NCBI GenBank assembly: GCA_002633005.1
Contig: NMRA01000067.1
Coordinates: forward strand, 310,010 to 374,009
Reading direction: 5' to 3'
Source: Phoronis australis
Lineage: Eukaryota; Animalia; Phoronida
DNA length: 64,000 nt
Shown here: in pieces, positions 12,240 through 41,176 of the stretch
Layout of the letters: every line of letters starts with the position of its first letter
Position numbering within the stretch: the first letter of the stretch is position 1
The notes under the pieces: model-generated
Database searches by the model: none
The model's input: the letters and a program-made list of their open reading frames with translations, nothing else
Told to the model about the DNA's origin: nothing
Position numbers and translations under genes: made by a program

Positions 12240-14159
12240 GGCGACGGCTAAACTGGTTGAATTGTATGTATTGTGTTTAGCATCAATGGCTGATGCAATA
12301 CTCGGCGTGCCCTGTTTTCATAGTATTGACCACGCAATGGACTATCTGTGGCACGTGATAAAAGGTCTGACGCCGTAGTTAAGGCCAGCGCAGACAGATA
12401 TCCAGGAGATGAGCTGACTGCCTCCAGTGAAGTTTACCTCACAAAATTCTGTGGCCATTGGTTGAGAATGGCAACACTAAAAGCCGCGAAAAGAAATATT
12501 AAATGTCAGTCACCGCCCCAGATTTTAGCGAATGCCAGGCAGACAACGGCAATTAAGAATTAACGCTTTGTAACTTATTTCTAAGAACACCAATAGTCTA
12601 TCCCTTGCAACTATTTTGCGTTTTCAGAAGTAAAACCGATAATGTCGCCTGTCGCCCTCAGCTCATAGCCATCTGCCTGCGGTGGCCCTAAGATTTTCAG
12701 TGCATATGTTTGACACAAGATCGCGAGGTCAGGTCACATATGCGGCGGGTTTCTTTCCCCTGAACGAAACCCGCACGTGACCTGACCTCGCAAAGTAGGA
12801 GCTAAGGCGGGCTACAAGGTTTTCCGAAAGAAAACAAAAAAGATTAAGATAAAAGTGTCACCTCTCAAACAGAAATCCCATAATACCCTAAAATTGCAGT
12901 TAGCAATTTTTCCAAAGTTCCCATCTTCAAGTACTAACCCGGCACCAATACCGACTTAAAGAGTTATCACCACGCATTTTCTTAATTTTTGAGGTTTCAG
13001 TTAGCTAATATGAAACGAGTACCATAAAATCTAACTAAATAAGCACTTTTTATGCCAAATAAGTTCGGATTTTTAAATTTGAATAAAAACTAGTTATCTT
13101 TTCCAAGTTTCCGAGTAAAAATTGGGGGCCGGCTATAGCCCCCCAGCCCGCTTATATGGTGCGCCGCCCATGAAAAGCAATTACGGCGGAGACGGTCTTC
13201 CACTCAATGAGATAGTATACATATATTGCCCATTGCTTCCACCCATTACCGTGACGTTCAACCCCGATAACAGAAAAGGATTTAAAAAATGACTTGTTTA
13301 TTAGCAACAGCTACACTAAAGGTTATTAAATCTCTTAAGGTGTATTAATAAAGTTCTTTTTGAGACATAAAGTCTCTTTAAGAGCAACGAAGAGCACTTA
13401 TGTTCAAGTGGAACCATGTCACGTGGTAGAGCCGGCTATCCTTCTGGAAATCTTGCAGAGGACGTGACTTACAACTGGAAACCTAAGTTCACTTTCGTGT
13501 ACACAAAATAATCTGGAGTCCATTTCCACACTTATTGGCGGTGTACCACAGGGGGGGGGGCACTTTTTTCAGTGCTAACACATGACGTTACGCTATCATG
13601 GAATATTTTGTACATTTTCCTACATAACATTTGAAGCCGACTCTCCACACCGCCAAGTGGACAGTTTTTCGTACTCCACAAATTAGCGGTAATGTGTGCA
13701 AATATTTATCTAAAAACGTATTCAAAATAAAAAATGCGGATTATTATTTCTTTTCGGAAATCTGCGTTACCTACAGAACACGATATGACATCATGATTAC
13801 ATTCAGATCAAATATACAGCCTAAGCGATTTCATAAATCTTTTGAGAAAAACTTGCACATAAAATTCTTCCAATTGTTCGAATCACACCTATTCTGTTCA
13901 ACTATAATCCATTGTGAAGGCTAGGTTCTGTCAGTATCAACAGATTACAATTCAGACAATTCAAGGAACGTACTTTGTTGCCGTAGGCCTACTTAATTAC
14001 TTCCGTCTGGCAACTAAGCAACAGCCACAGGATTGCGTTTCCAGTTATTGAAAAAATCTTGAAATAATGAATTGATAATATTCATTTATAATCACGACTT
14101 TATGAACTATAAATTATTCAATACGAAAACAATTCATACAAAATTACTTCAAAAATCTT

Positions 14160-14231
14160 TAGCAGAGCAAGGTTTCGATCCTCGGACCTCTGGGTTATGG
14201 GCCCAGCACGCTTCCACTGCGCCACTCTGCT
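14160..14231 (-). tRNA. tRNA-iMet(CAT), initiator
   Basis: Identical to the other two copies; T5 terminator at 14151-14155. Confidence 0.97.
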
Positions 14232-14772
14232 GGCAACGTAAGTATAGCTAGAACTGTATGCATTGTGTTCTGCATCAATGGCTGATGCAATGCTCGGCGG
14301 TGTGGTCTGTTTTGTATAGGCCACGCCGTAGATTATCTGTCGCACGTAAAAGCAGATCAAACGCCAAAGTAAGGGTCAGCGCAGACGCATATCAAGGAGA
14401 TGAGCCGACATCCTCAAATGAAATTTACCTCACAAAGTTCAAAGGTCATTGGCTGAGAACTGCATTACATTGAAAGCCGCGAAAAGGCATCAGTTTTAAA
14501 TGGTAGTCACTGTCCAGGATTTCAGAGAGTGCCTGGTAGACAACGGCAGACAAGTGCGAGAACTGACGATTTGTACCGGGAAAATCACAAGTCCCAACTG
14601 ATTTGTTGTTTGACGGTCAAAGCAAACAACACCAAGCAGTCTATCCCCTGCACTAACAATTATCCTCAAATGCGTTTTCCCGCAGTAATATCGAAGTCGC
14701 CAGTCTCTGTAAAATGAGATACACTGCTCAGCTCATAGCCATCTGTCTGCGGTGGCCACAAGATTTTTTAAT

Positions 14773-15741
14773 CCAATTTTTTGGAACGAGTGGTTTCAAA
14801 AGGGTATACGGTACGTATACGATTTAATTGACCCTGATAAGGGATATATTTATGATTATCATACCTTTTGTACACGTTTTCAGTTTTGTCCTTGTATTAC
14901 TCATTTTTATGGAATTCGAAGTTCAATACTTCGTTCTTGGAATCATCTAAGAGACAAGAGTACTATAGTCACTCCACTTTTTCCACTGAACATATTTTTC
15001 GAATCTCCTCGGAAAATAAAGGGACTGGGAAAATCTATGAATTATTCATTTCTAAATTATATGTAAAACCTGTCGCAGAATTGAAGTGGGAGAGAGAAAT
15101 TAACTTATGCGATGATACTCAATCTTGGAAAAAATTCACTCTGTAATTTATAATTGTACTTCTGATGTCAGACTCAGATGGTTTAAATTCCGTATCAACC
15201 ACAGACTTATTGGTACAAACTCTTATTTAAAGAAAATAGGTGTTAGTGAATCGTCTTTATCTCTTTCTGTGAGCAACATGAAGAAACAATTCTACATTTG
15301 TATTGAGAATGTTCACTTGCTCAGAAGTTTTGGGGATGTTTAAGAACATGGATGAAAAATCAGTGCAATTTCCCTCTGCAGTTAAATATGTCTTCCGCCT
15401 TGTTTGGAGACCCAGCCTGAAGATCAGAAGTTGTAAATTTAATTCTTTGCTTAGCGAAATTTCATTTATATAGACAAAGACTACAAAAGACTAAGCCCAA
15501 TTTTCAGTCATTTTTACGTGAGGTATGTGATTACTACAACCGGGTAAAAAATATTTACAATGATAAATTGGATCTTGAGAGATTCCAGGCAAGGTGATCT
15601 TTTTTGCCTAACTAGCTGTTATAGGGTCCGATAATGTTCGTAATTTGTTTGATGTACACTAAACTAGATGTCATATTGTCGCACAACTATGTACTGGTTG
15701 GTTGAGTTAATAAATGTCTCAACTAAAAAAAAGAAAAAAAG
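14773..15741 (+). mobile_element. 5'-truncated, frameshifted L1/Tx1-like non-LTR retrotransposon (ORF2 C-terminal zinc-binding region)
   Basis: Fragments WFQKGIRYVYDL, KWEREINL...WKKIHSVIYNCTSDVRLRWFKFRINHRLIGTNSYLKKIGVSES and FCEQHEETILHL..EC...FW match the typical L1/Tx1 ORF2 C-terminus. AATAAA plus an A-rich tail at 15709-15740; 12-bp TSD agattttttaat at 14761-14772 and 15742-15753. Confidence 0.85.
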
Positions 15742-16995
15742 AGATTTTTTAATGCATACGTTTGTCACATGACCGAATGAAACTGTCCAGTTGACCTGAT
15801 CACATGACATGCGAACGTACGAGACTACAGGGTTTCCCGAAACGAAAACAAAAATTAGACCATTTGCCTCAAACTAAAATCCCATAATCCACCGGCCCTT
15901 AAAATTGCAGTTAGAATTTTTTTCCAAAATGTCCATCTTCAAGTGCTAACCACCTGACATATGAGCAATCAATTAAATAGAGCGTTATGTTCAAGTGGTA
16001 TCATGTCACGTGATAGAGGCTATCCTACAAATCATGCAGAGGATAATCAGAAAGTTATCCTACCCAACAGAAAACATTTCGATTCTTACGGCTTTTCACA
16101 TTGTGTTAAATACGTTAGAAGAGGTGACTGCCTTTTTTCGAAAGGGTGCTTCGATACTTATCTTTTTCATTAAACGAAGTGTAAATCATTGCCACAGTTA
16201 ATATTTTCGCAAAAATGACTTTTGTGAGTATACAGGATAAATAAAGTTGTAAACATTGTTTGTCTTTGTTTTCATTTTTAGCAAAGCCGGTCATTTTGAA
16301 AACAGAAGTGACGTTAATTCTACAAATTTAAAAAGCCCATAAATAACTGAAAGAATTTAAATATAAAAAATCATGACAGGCGATTGTTCTTTTAGGTACT
16401 AATGGCTGATTAACGCAACCATTTTGGGCATCAGTTCAGTTGCAAAGTAGCAAGCAAAACCCCGCAACACGTATCCCGAAAACATATTATAAACGCAATT
16501 GAACTTGAATGATCAGGCAGCCGCTAAATTAGAGAATTTTTTACATTAAACCTACCATTTTTCTGTAATAAATCGAACGACCTTTTACTGAAGAAACCAT
16601 GTAGTGACGAGCAAACAAAACTACAAAAAAAACAAAAAAAAACAGCAAAACATATTCTCCTTCCAAGTTTGAAGCCAACGTGAATATGAAAAATCCGCCA
16701 TTTCTGTTCCAAATTCCAAGATGGTAAAAAGGCAAAAGCACGAACAGGATTGAGTTGCCATAACGAAGTACAATTATTTTCAAATTTGGCATGAAATTGG
16801 TCTGTATTCATACTGAAGTGTAATATATTTTGATACGAAAAGACAAGTTTTTGCACTTAAGTCACGAAAACAAAACTAAATATATTATGAGACTTCGAGG
16901 CCCGAATCCAAATTAAAGTTTTACCCTGTTCAGCATTGATAACGTCGCATAATCACGCGTCGCGATGCCATTCATTTGTTGAACTGTACACATTT

Positions 16996-17003
16996 TGACG
17001 TCA
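16996..17003 (+). promoter_or_regulatory. Palindromic CRE (TGACGTCA) upstream of the putative neuropeptide gene
   Basis: Exact TGACGTCA about 170 bp upstream of a predicted 5'UTR intron (ga|gtaagt at 17171 to ttttccacag| at 17298). Confidence 0.4.
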
Positions 17004-17421
17004 TACAACTCAGCCCTGGCGTTAATTCGCCTGGTAGTGCAAAGCTTTGCAGACATTTCTCAGCAAATTATCTAGGAAGCAAGTCTGTGGTGCAACGTTC
17101 TACGTTGTAGGATGTACATGGCGCGAAGCGGTAGCTGGTGGCGTTGGTTTGGGTCTTGAGGAAGGACCGAGTAAGTGCTCAAAGAAAACAGTTTTACGAC
17201 TGAACTTTTGAACTTAAATAGAAGAAAGCTCGAAGAATTAGATTTCGCGAAGACGAATTAGGATTTCATAAATGTTTTATTGATCTTGTTTTCCACAGGT
17301 AGCCTGTAGTGTTGAAGACTGTCTTACTGGAAGAGATAACGCCGAGTAAGGCCTCAGACGGGTCGCATCTTCTGCATCCTGTTAGAAAACACTTCTAGTC
17401 TGGAACTGCTGAGGGAGCAAC

Positions 17422-17826
17422 ATGAAAACACTCTGGCGGTCGTTAGCAAGTATCGCTTTAGGTCTACTCTTAGTTGATTCTGCGAGAGGGATTTTTCACA
17501 AAGACTCGAACCAGCAGCAAAATCCAAGGACGCCTGTCCCATCGGGACCGAGAAGTGACGCCAAGGAATACAAACGGTCGGAATCTAATGCTAACAACCG
17601 CCGAAACAAGGATTTTTTAAATTGGCCACCTTGGCTACAAAACGATCTGAAATCAGTGGAACGTTTCCCGTTTAAAAGAATAGCGAAATTCCCTGTCGCG
17701 TTAGCAAGGCAGCATAAACGAACAATGAGCGTTTACGGTCGTTTAATGTTCAAAAATATTCTTCGCGATGATTTCACCAGAAAATTTCGCAAAACTCATC
17801 GACCGAGTTTTTCCATCTTTGGATGA
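17422..17826 (+). CDS. Putative secreted neuropeptide/peptide-hormone precursor (134 aa)
   Basis: Good Kozak context (caacATG); signal-peptide-like N-terminus MKTLWRSLASIALGLLLVDSARG; KR/RR/RK dibasic sites; C-terminal ...RPSFSIF-G-stop amidation motif; single coding exon preceded by a canonical 128-nt UTR intron. Confidence 0.7.
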   Translation: MKTLWRSLASIALGLLLVDSARGIFHKDSNQQQNPRTPVPSGPRSDAKEYKRSESNANNRRNKDFLNWPPWLQNDLKSVERFPFKRIAKFPVALARQHKRTMSVYGRLMFKNILRDDFTRKFRKTHRPSFSIFG

Positions 17827-18737
17827 GAGAGTCACTCCTGCTTTTGTACTTGGAATCTTCATTTCAAAGCTTATCGGTTACTCGTTTTTTTCGAAACCTA
17901 CGTTGAATTTGTTATACCACAGGTCATAATATTCACAAATTTTATAATTTCTCCACGACTTGATAATTTCCACAAATATCACAAAGCGCGGATTACGAGC
18001 CTAGAGCATCGATCTCGATTTACGACTAATACGGCCCCGCACCCCGGCGGTACACGAACATAAGTGGAGTTGATGTCCGTGCTCGTCGATTTTGTGGGCG
18101 TTTTGCCAGTCCAATAGCGCCGTGTTTGGCGGCAGGGTAAGCCGCGAGTCAGGGTACGAGTCTATGATTCGATGTTAATCGGGTTCATGAGCAGTGTTTT
18201 CAAGTTAGGAACTACATACACAGAGTGGCAGCCGCTCGGGTAGCCAGTTGTTTCACAACCTCAGTGTTACTCGAATTTGGGGAAGAGGGCAATCATCTCT
18301 TGCTTTACACCCGTTCCACGGCGAACAATTGCATGGAAGCTCGTATTGGCAAACCAAGAAAAAAGCATGCACAAAGAGAAGACAGAAAACAGGTCGGAGA
18401 AAGAGGAGTTTATTGAATAAGTCGAGAAAACATTCCATGTTTAGAATATGACAATATTATTTTGAAAAAGCAGAAAATGGTGCAATGAAATAAAATTTTG
18501 AAAACTATGAAACACCAGGAATATAAGCCACCCACAGCAATAAGGTTAACCGGGCGCTAGGAAGGCACGATTCCTGGAAGGGGCATAGGCAAATTGGAAT
18601 ATACCCTCCTGGTCGTCATCAAGTTCACAAGGTCACTAATTCCAAAACACTCTCCCAGTCACCATAAAGTCTTCGCCCCGAACCTCGATATTATTAGGGC
18701 CATGTGCCTCCCAGCTACCCATGCATATTCTAAGGGG

Positions 18738-19000
18738 CAAGGGCCCCAACCTGCCCCTACTTTACAAGGACCCCAACCTGCCCCTACTTCACAAGGGCCC
18801 CAACCTCCCCCTGCTTCACAAGGGCCCCAACCTCCCCCTGCTTCACAAGGGCCCCCAACCTCCCCCTGCTTCACAAGGGCCCCAACCTTCCCCTACTTCA
18901 CATGGACCCCAACCTGCCCCTGCTGCACATGGGCCCCAACCCCCCCTATTTCACATGGGCTGCAATTTGTCCCTATTTCACAAGGGCCCCAGCCTCCCCC
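18738..19000. repeat. 27-bp C-rich minisatellite, about 10 degenerate copies (caagggccccaacctccccctgcttca)
   Basis: Tandem units are directly visible; single-base indels break the QGPQPPPAS reading frame. Confidence 0.9.
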
Positions 19001-19162
19001 TTCTTCGTATGGCTCTGGTCTCGGTTAAAAAGCACCAAGTTGTAGGTAGGTAACAGAAAAAAACAATCACTTCCATGAATTCAACGACAATCACATAAAA
19101 GCTTGAAAACCTACGAACTTCCCTCAGTACAAAGTCACAAACACAAGAAAAATCACAAACCT

Positions 19163-20642
19163 TTACTGGACCTTATGAGAAATCTAAGCAACGTTTCATT
19201 GGCTACTGTCGACTTTTTCAACCTTGTGGCCAAAGAAACGTTGCTTAAATTTCTGAATAAGTCCACCATAGATTTACAATTTCCCTGTACCCATTTCGCC
19301 ACTGGATGAGTGCCAGTCTGCTACTGAAACGAACCTACCAACAGAAAAAAATGTCTCTAACATGTATGTTCTGTTCCTTTGTCCATGTAGGACTAAAATG
19401 TCCTTGACATTGTTTAAAGGTCTACTGGGATAAAGATGCAAGACCAGTTCTACAATGATCATGGAACAGAAAGTCTTTGGTTGACACAACTTCACAAGAC
19501 AACAAAATTGTAAACATGTATGAGGGCTATAAATTCCTTCTATTGCTCAAAGCTGACACATTTTCACAGTACGGCAGAACAAGTTTGATATTCAGTCCAG
19601 AACTAATTCTATGATAAACATAACATGTTGACGTAGCACTAAAGGGGAAGTCAAATGCTTTTAATGTTACTTATAGATCCAGGGCCCTCGATCATATGAG
19701 GGGAAGGTTCCTGAGCCTTCTGAGGGGGCAATTTTTTTGGGGGGAGGGGAAAATTCTACCTCCAGATCACCATCAATAGTAGGAGGAATTTTTAGGACTC
19801 ATGAGGGGAATGTTGCACATGATTTTTCAATATTTTTTAGAGGTGAATGGGGCCGATGTTCGTCCCCAAAATTGAGGGATTGAGGACCCCCGAGATCCCT
19901 AGTTNTTACTGGACCTTTTGAGAAATCTAAGCAACGTTTCATTGGCTACTGTCGACTTTTTCAACCCTCTGGCCAAAGAAACGTTGGTTAAATTTCTGAA
20001 TATGTCCACCATAGATTTACAGTTTCCCTGTACCTATTTCGCCACTGGATGAGTGCCAGTATGCTACTGAAACAAACCTACCAACAGAAAAAAATGGCTC
20101 TTACATGTATGTTCTGTTCCTTTGTCCATGTAGGACTAAAATGTCCTTGACATTGTTCAAGGTCTACTGGGATAAAGATGCAAGACCAGTTCTACAATCA
20201 TGGAACAGTCAGTCTTTGGTTGAGACAACTTCACAAGACAACAAAGTTGTAAACATGTATGAGAGCTATAACTTCCTTCTATTGCTCAAAGCTGACACAT
20301 TTTGACAGTAGGGCAGAACAAGTTTGATATTCAGTCCAGAACTAATTCTATGATAAACATAACATGTTGACGTAGCACTAAAGGGGAAGTCAAATGCTTT
20401 TAATGTTACTTATAGATCCAGGGCCCTCTATCATATGAGGGGAAGGTTCCTGAGCCTTCTGAGGGGGCAATTTTTTTGGGGGAGGGGAAAATTCTACCTC
20501 CAGATCACCATCAATAGTAGGAGGAATTTTTAGGACTCATGAGGGGAATGTTGCACATGATTTTTCAATATTTTTTAGAGGTGAATGGGGCCGATGTTCG
20601 TCCCCAAAATTGAGGGATTGAGGACCCCCGAGATCCCTAGTT
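19163..20642. repeat. About 740 bp direct duplication around single n at 19905; probable haplotype duplication
   Basis: 19163-19904 is nearly identical to 19906-20642. Confidence 0.85.
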
Positions 20643-21243
20643 AACTAGGAAATACATTTTTATGTCAATTACAGTCCCCTGCCATGTATTTGCTACCCAC
20701 AGAACAACAGAAAGTGATGGATACATGACAAAGGAAACGCACCTTTCTCCTACATTCATTTTCAATGAGGAAACATAATATTCTATACTGGACACAGACT
20801 GTGTGGCTAAGTGGTTTCAGCTCCAGATTCCCATTTGCGAGATCTGCGTTCGAATCCTGGCTTTACTGGCAGACAATCGAGCATTACACAAAGGTGTCTC
20901 CTACTCCTTTGACCTCCATCTTATTAGTGAATGTATTCAAGGGAATTAATGGGAACCTGGATAAAATACAAAAGCGATTTCTGGGGCTGTGCCTTCAAAA
21001 ATAAAGAGAACACAGTCTTTGCATGTTACCCATATTTGCTCAATGAAAGTGAACCCAGATGTGGGTTCTTTGTCGGTACTTCACCTCAAACTCTATTGTT
21101 CCATGGGTAGTACATACTAGCCAGAGGATCTGTGACAAACACAGAACACTGCTCCTACAAAGTAACCAGAGATCTGCATTTTTACCAACGGCAACATCAA
21201 AAACAGTTGCTTTCCCCTTACAGCAACAACTTTTGTTGACAAG

Positions 21244-38681
<17,438 letters not shown>

Positions 38682-38689
<8 letters not shown>

Positions 38690-38856
38690 CTTAAACCTCG
38701 TGTGGCAGCACAATAACAAAATGACTGAAAATGTCAAAGCTTATAATGCGCATGCCTAAACAGACGTGACTCAGTTGTAGTCTCCTGCACAGACCTTCGA
38801 GGTTGGTTGGGGTCTGGGCCTTCACAAGCAATCCGTGACGTCAGCTTGTGAGGCCC
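38682..38856 (-). promoter_or_regulatory. CTR9 proximal promoter: YY1/TISU-like AAGATGGCGGC over the start codon and a CRE TGACGTCA (38836-38843)
   Basis: gccgccatctt on the + strand overlaps the ATG. The CRE lies between short inverted repeats gggccttcacaagc / gcttgtgaggccc. Confidence 0.45.
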
Positions 38857-39667
38857 GGGAACCAGGTTAACTCAGTTGCAGAGCGTTTCAAACAAACCGC
38901 GCGTCACTGAGTAACTTCGGTGTGTGTGGTGTTCTGACTTCCCTATAGGTAAAAAGCTAAAAAGATATATTCACATAAAAATAATTTCGTTGGATAGAAA
39001 ATAAAATATATTGAGCCGCACATATCACGTTGGCAAAAGTTAATTAGGCCTATATGCTCAGTGTAATTCAAAGCCCAGCCAGCAGCTATAGGGCACCACA
39101 AAAATTTGATGTAGAACTTTCGCTGTTATGGAATTGATCTCACATTTGCGGTTCCTTAGTCAAATTTAAGGTGTTTATAACATCATAATACCTCAGAATA
39201 TAGAAGCTTTCGCATACTTCGCTTCATGCAATTTCTCCAAAACCACAGCTGCGTTAGTAAAATGTTTCACATTTGCATGAGGGGTTATCACAATAGGGAT
39301 TTTAGGATTTTCATAGAAAAACTCAAAAGCCGCACGAAATGAAAACGAAATGTGATAATTTAGAAAACTGCCGCAAGGTCATCTTTTTTGAGAATTTGTC
39401 TTGAATAAAATTTGATCGCATACGCAACTTTCTTTTTCAAATTAAAAAATAATTATAGTCATGTGACACGAAATAAATGAAACCCAATTCGAGCGGGGCA
39501 TATTGTGTACTGAATTATATATCTTGTTGTTGCTGTTAACCCAGGGTCGCAAGAAGCAGAGGCTGGGCGGGGGAGGACTGTGCCCGCCGTATTTCGAGTG
39601 CGCCGAGTGGCCGAAACCGCCGCGACAGGGGGCAGCAGGTTAAAGAATAACAGCGACTCGCTGGTTC

Positions 39668-41050
39668 AACAGACAGTAAGAGAACATTTGTTACCTCAAT
39701 CAGTGCTTGTCCCCCTGGCCAACAATTTTCTTTGGATGCTCCCTGCGCGATTTTTGCATTTCATGTCGTCTAAGTGCATTTCAGTTGAAAACGCACCTTT
39801 AATTACAAGTGCTTCGGAAAAAATCTTAGAAAACTTGTTTCACGACACGCTAGATTTTCCAACTAAGGCAAAATTGATTCAGGTTTTTTAATTCAAGATT
39901 ACTAGGAAGTATAAAAATGTATTTACCCAGGGTCACCTCTATGACAACTAATGGAGTCATCTGTCGCTCTCTGCTTTCCGTTTTTGTTGAACTGAATTAT
40001 GACTTGACATAAATTTGGAAGCTGCGGAGACGACGGGCACTGCATGATATCCTCAATTGCTAATTATGTATAAGGTTTTGTTAATCAATATGTTACTAAT
40101 TAGATATGACAGGTCTTCCAATTGTATGTCAAATGTCAAATGTAATGGTAAATACTTTTATTACCGTTTTATATTTTCAATTGCTTGAGTAAATTGCATT
40201 GTAATATATTGTATTGTATTGTATGGTATTGTATTGTATATTGTGTTGTGCAGCTTTGGTTTGTCCGGCTTATACACGCACGCACGCACGCACGCANTGT
40301 ATGTGTTTCAAGCACGCGGCTATTAAACATCACTGCAGAAACGAAATAGTTGCTGCGACGCCACTTGCATGACGAGGCTAAAAATCGTTCACAGTCCGCC
40401 ATTTTTTCAAGGTGTTGTAAAGCTAGCCAATGGCTGCCAAGATTACATCGACCAATGCTAAAGCGCGTGCCACTAGGTGATACCTGCGTGCTGGCTGGGC
40501 TAAGCACGCAGGGAACCAGCGAGTAACAGCGAAACATTGATGTAACAGACAGTAAGAGAACATTTGTTACCTCAATCAGTGCTTGTCCCCCTGGCCAACA
40601 ATTTTCTTTGGATGCTCCCTGCGCGATTTTTGCATTTCATGTCGTCTAAGTGCATTTCAGTTGAAAACGCACCTTTAATCACAAGTGCTTCGGAAAAAAT
40701 CTTAGAAAACTTGTTTCACTACACGCTAGATTTTCCAACTAAGGCAAAATTGATTCAGGTTTTTTAATTCAAGATTACTAGGAAGTATAAAAATGTATTT
40801 ACCCAGGGTCACCCTCTATGACAACTAATGGAGTCATCTGTCGCTCTCTGCTTTCCGTTTTTGTTGAACTGAATAAATTTGGAAGCTGCGGAGACGACGG
40901 GCACTGCATGATATCCTCAATTGCTAATTATGTATCAGGTTTTGTTAATCAATATGCTACTGATTAGATATGACAGGTCTTCCAATTGTATGTCAAATGT
41001 CAAATGTAATGGTAAATACTTTTATTACCGTTTTATATTTTCAATTGCTT
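39668..41050. repeat. About 510 bp direct duplication (39668-40183 vs 40545-41050) flanking n at 40297; (attgt)n and (cacg)n microsatellites lie between
   Basis: Near-identical sequences that give duplicated spurious ORFs; probable alternative haplotypes. Confidence 0.8.
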
Positions 41051-41176
41051 AACATGTTGTCTCGGGGAATTGGGCCGCGCGAAGGTGCGGGAGCCGGGTA
41101 CGTGAAGCTTCTCTTCGTAAAACCTACCGGTGGACTAAAAAAAGCGCGCAATGTGCGGTACCCCCTTCTCCGCGTC

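Larger units (their letters stand above)
11870..16040. repeat. Old diverged tandem duplication of a tRNA-iMet-containing unit (about 11870-13460 vs about 13575-16040)
   Basis: Flanks of tRNA copies 2 and 3 align in collinear blocks, e.g. tttgaagccaactcttcacac / tttgaagccgactctccacac, ctcagctcatagccatctg and aaaattgcagttag. They are clearly diverged and have no N gap between them. Confidence 0.75.

Noticed and set aside
18594-19053. Collagen/Pro-rich-looking ORFs (QGPQPPPAS repeats)
   Set aside because: Translation of a minisatellite with frameshifting indels; no convincing gene structure.
20800-20870. tRNA-like sequence (similar at about 43345-43430)
   Set aside because: Only A/B-box-like remnants with no pairing cloverleaf; at most SINE debris.
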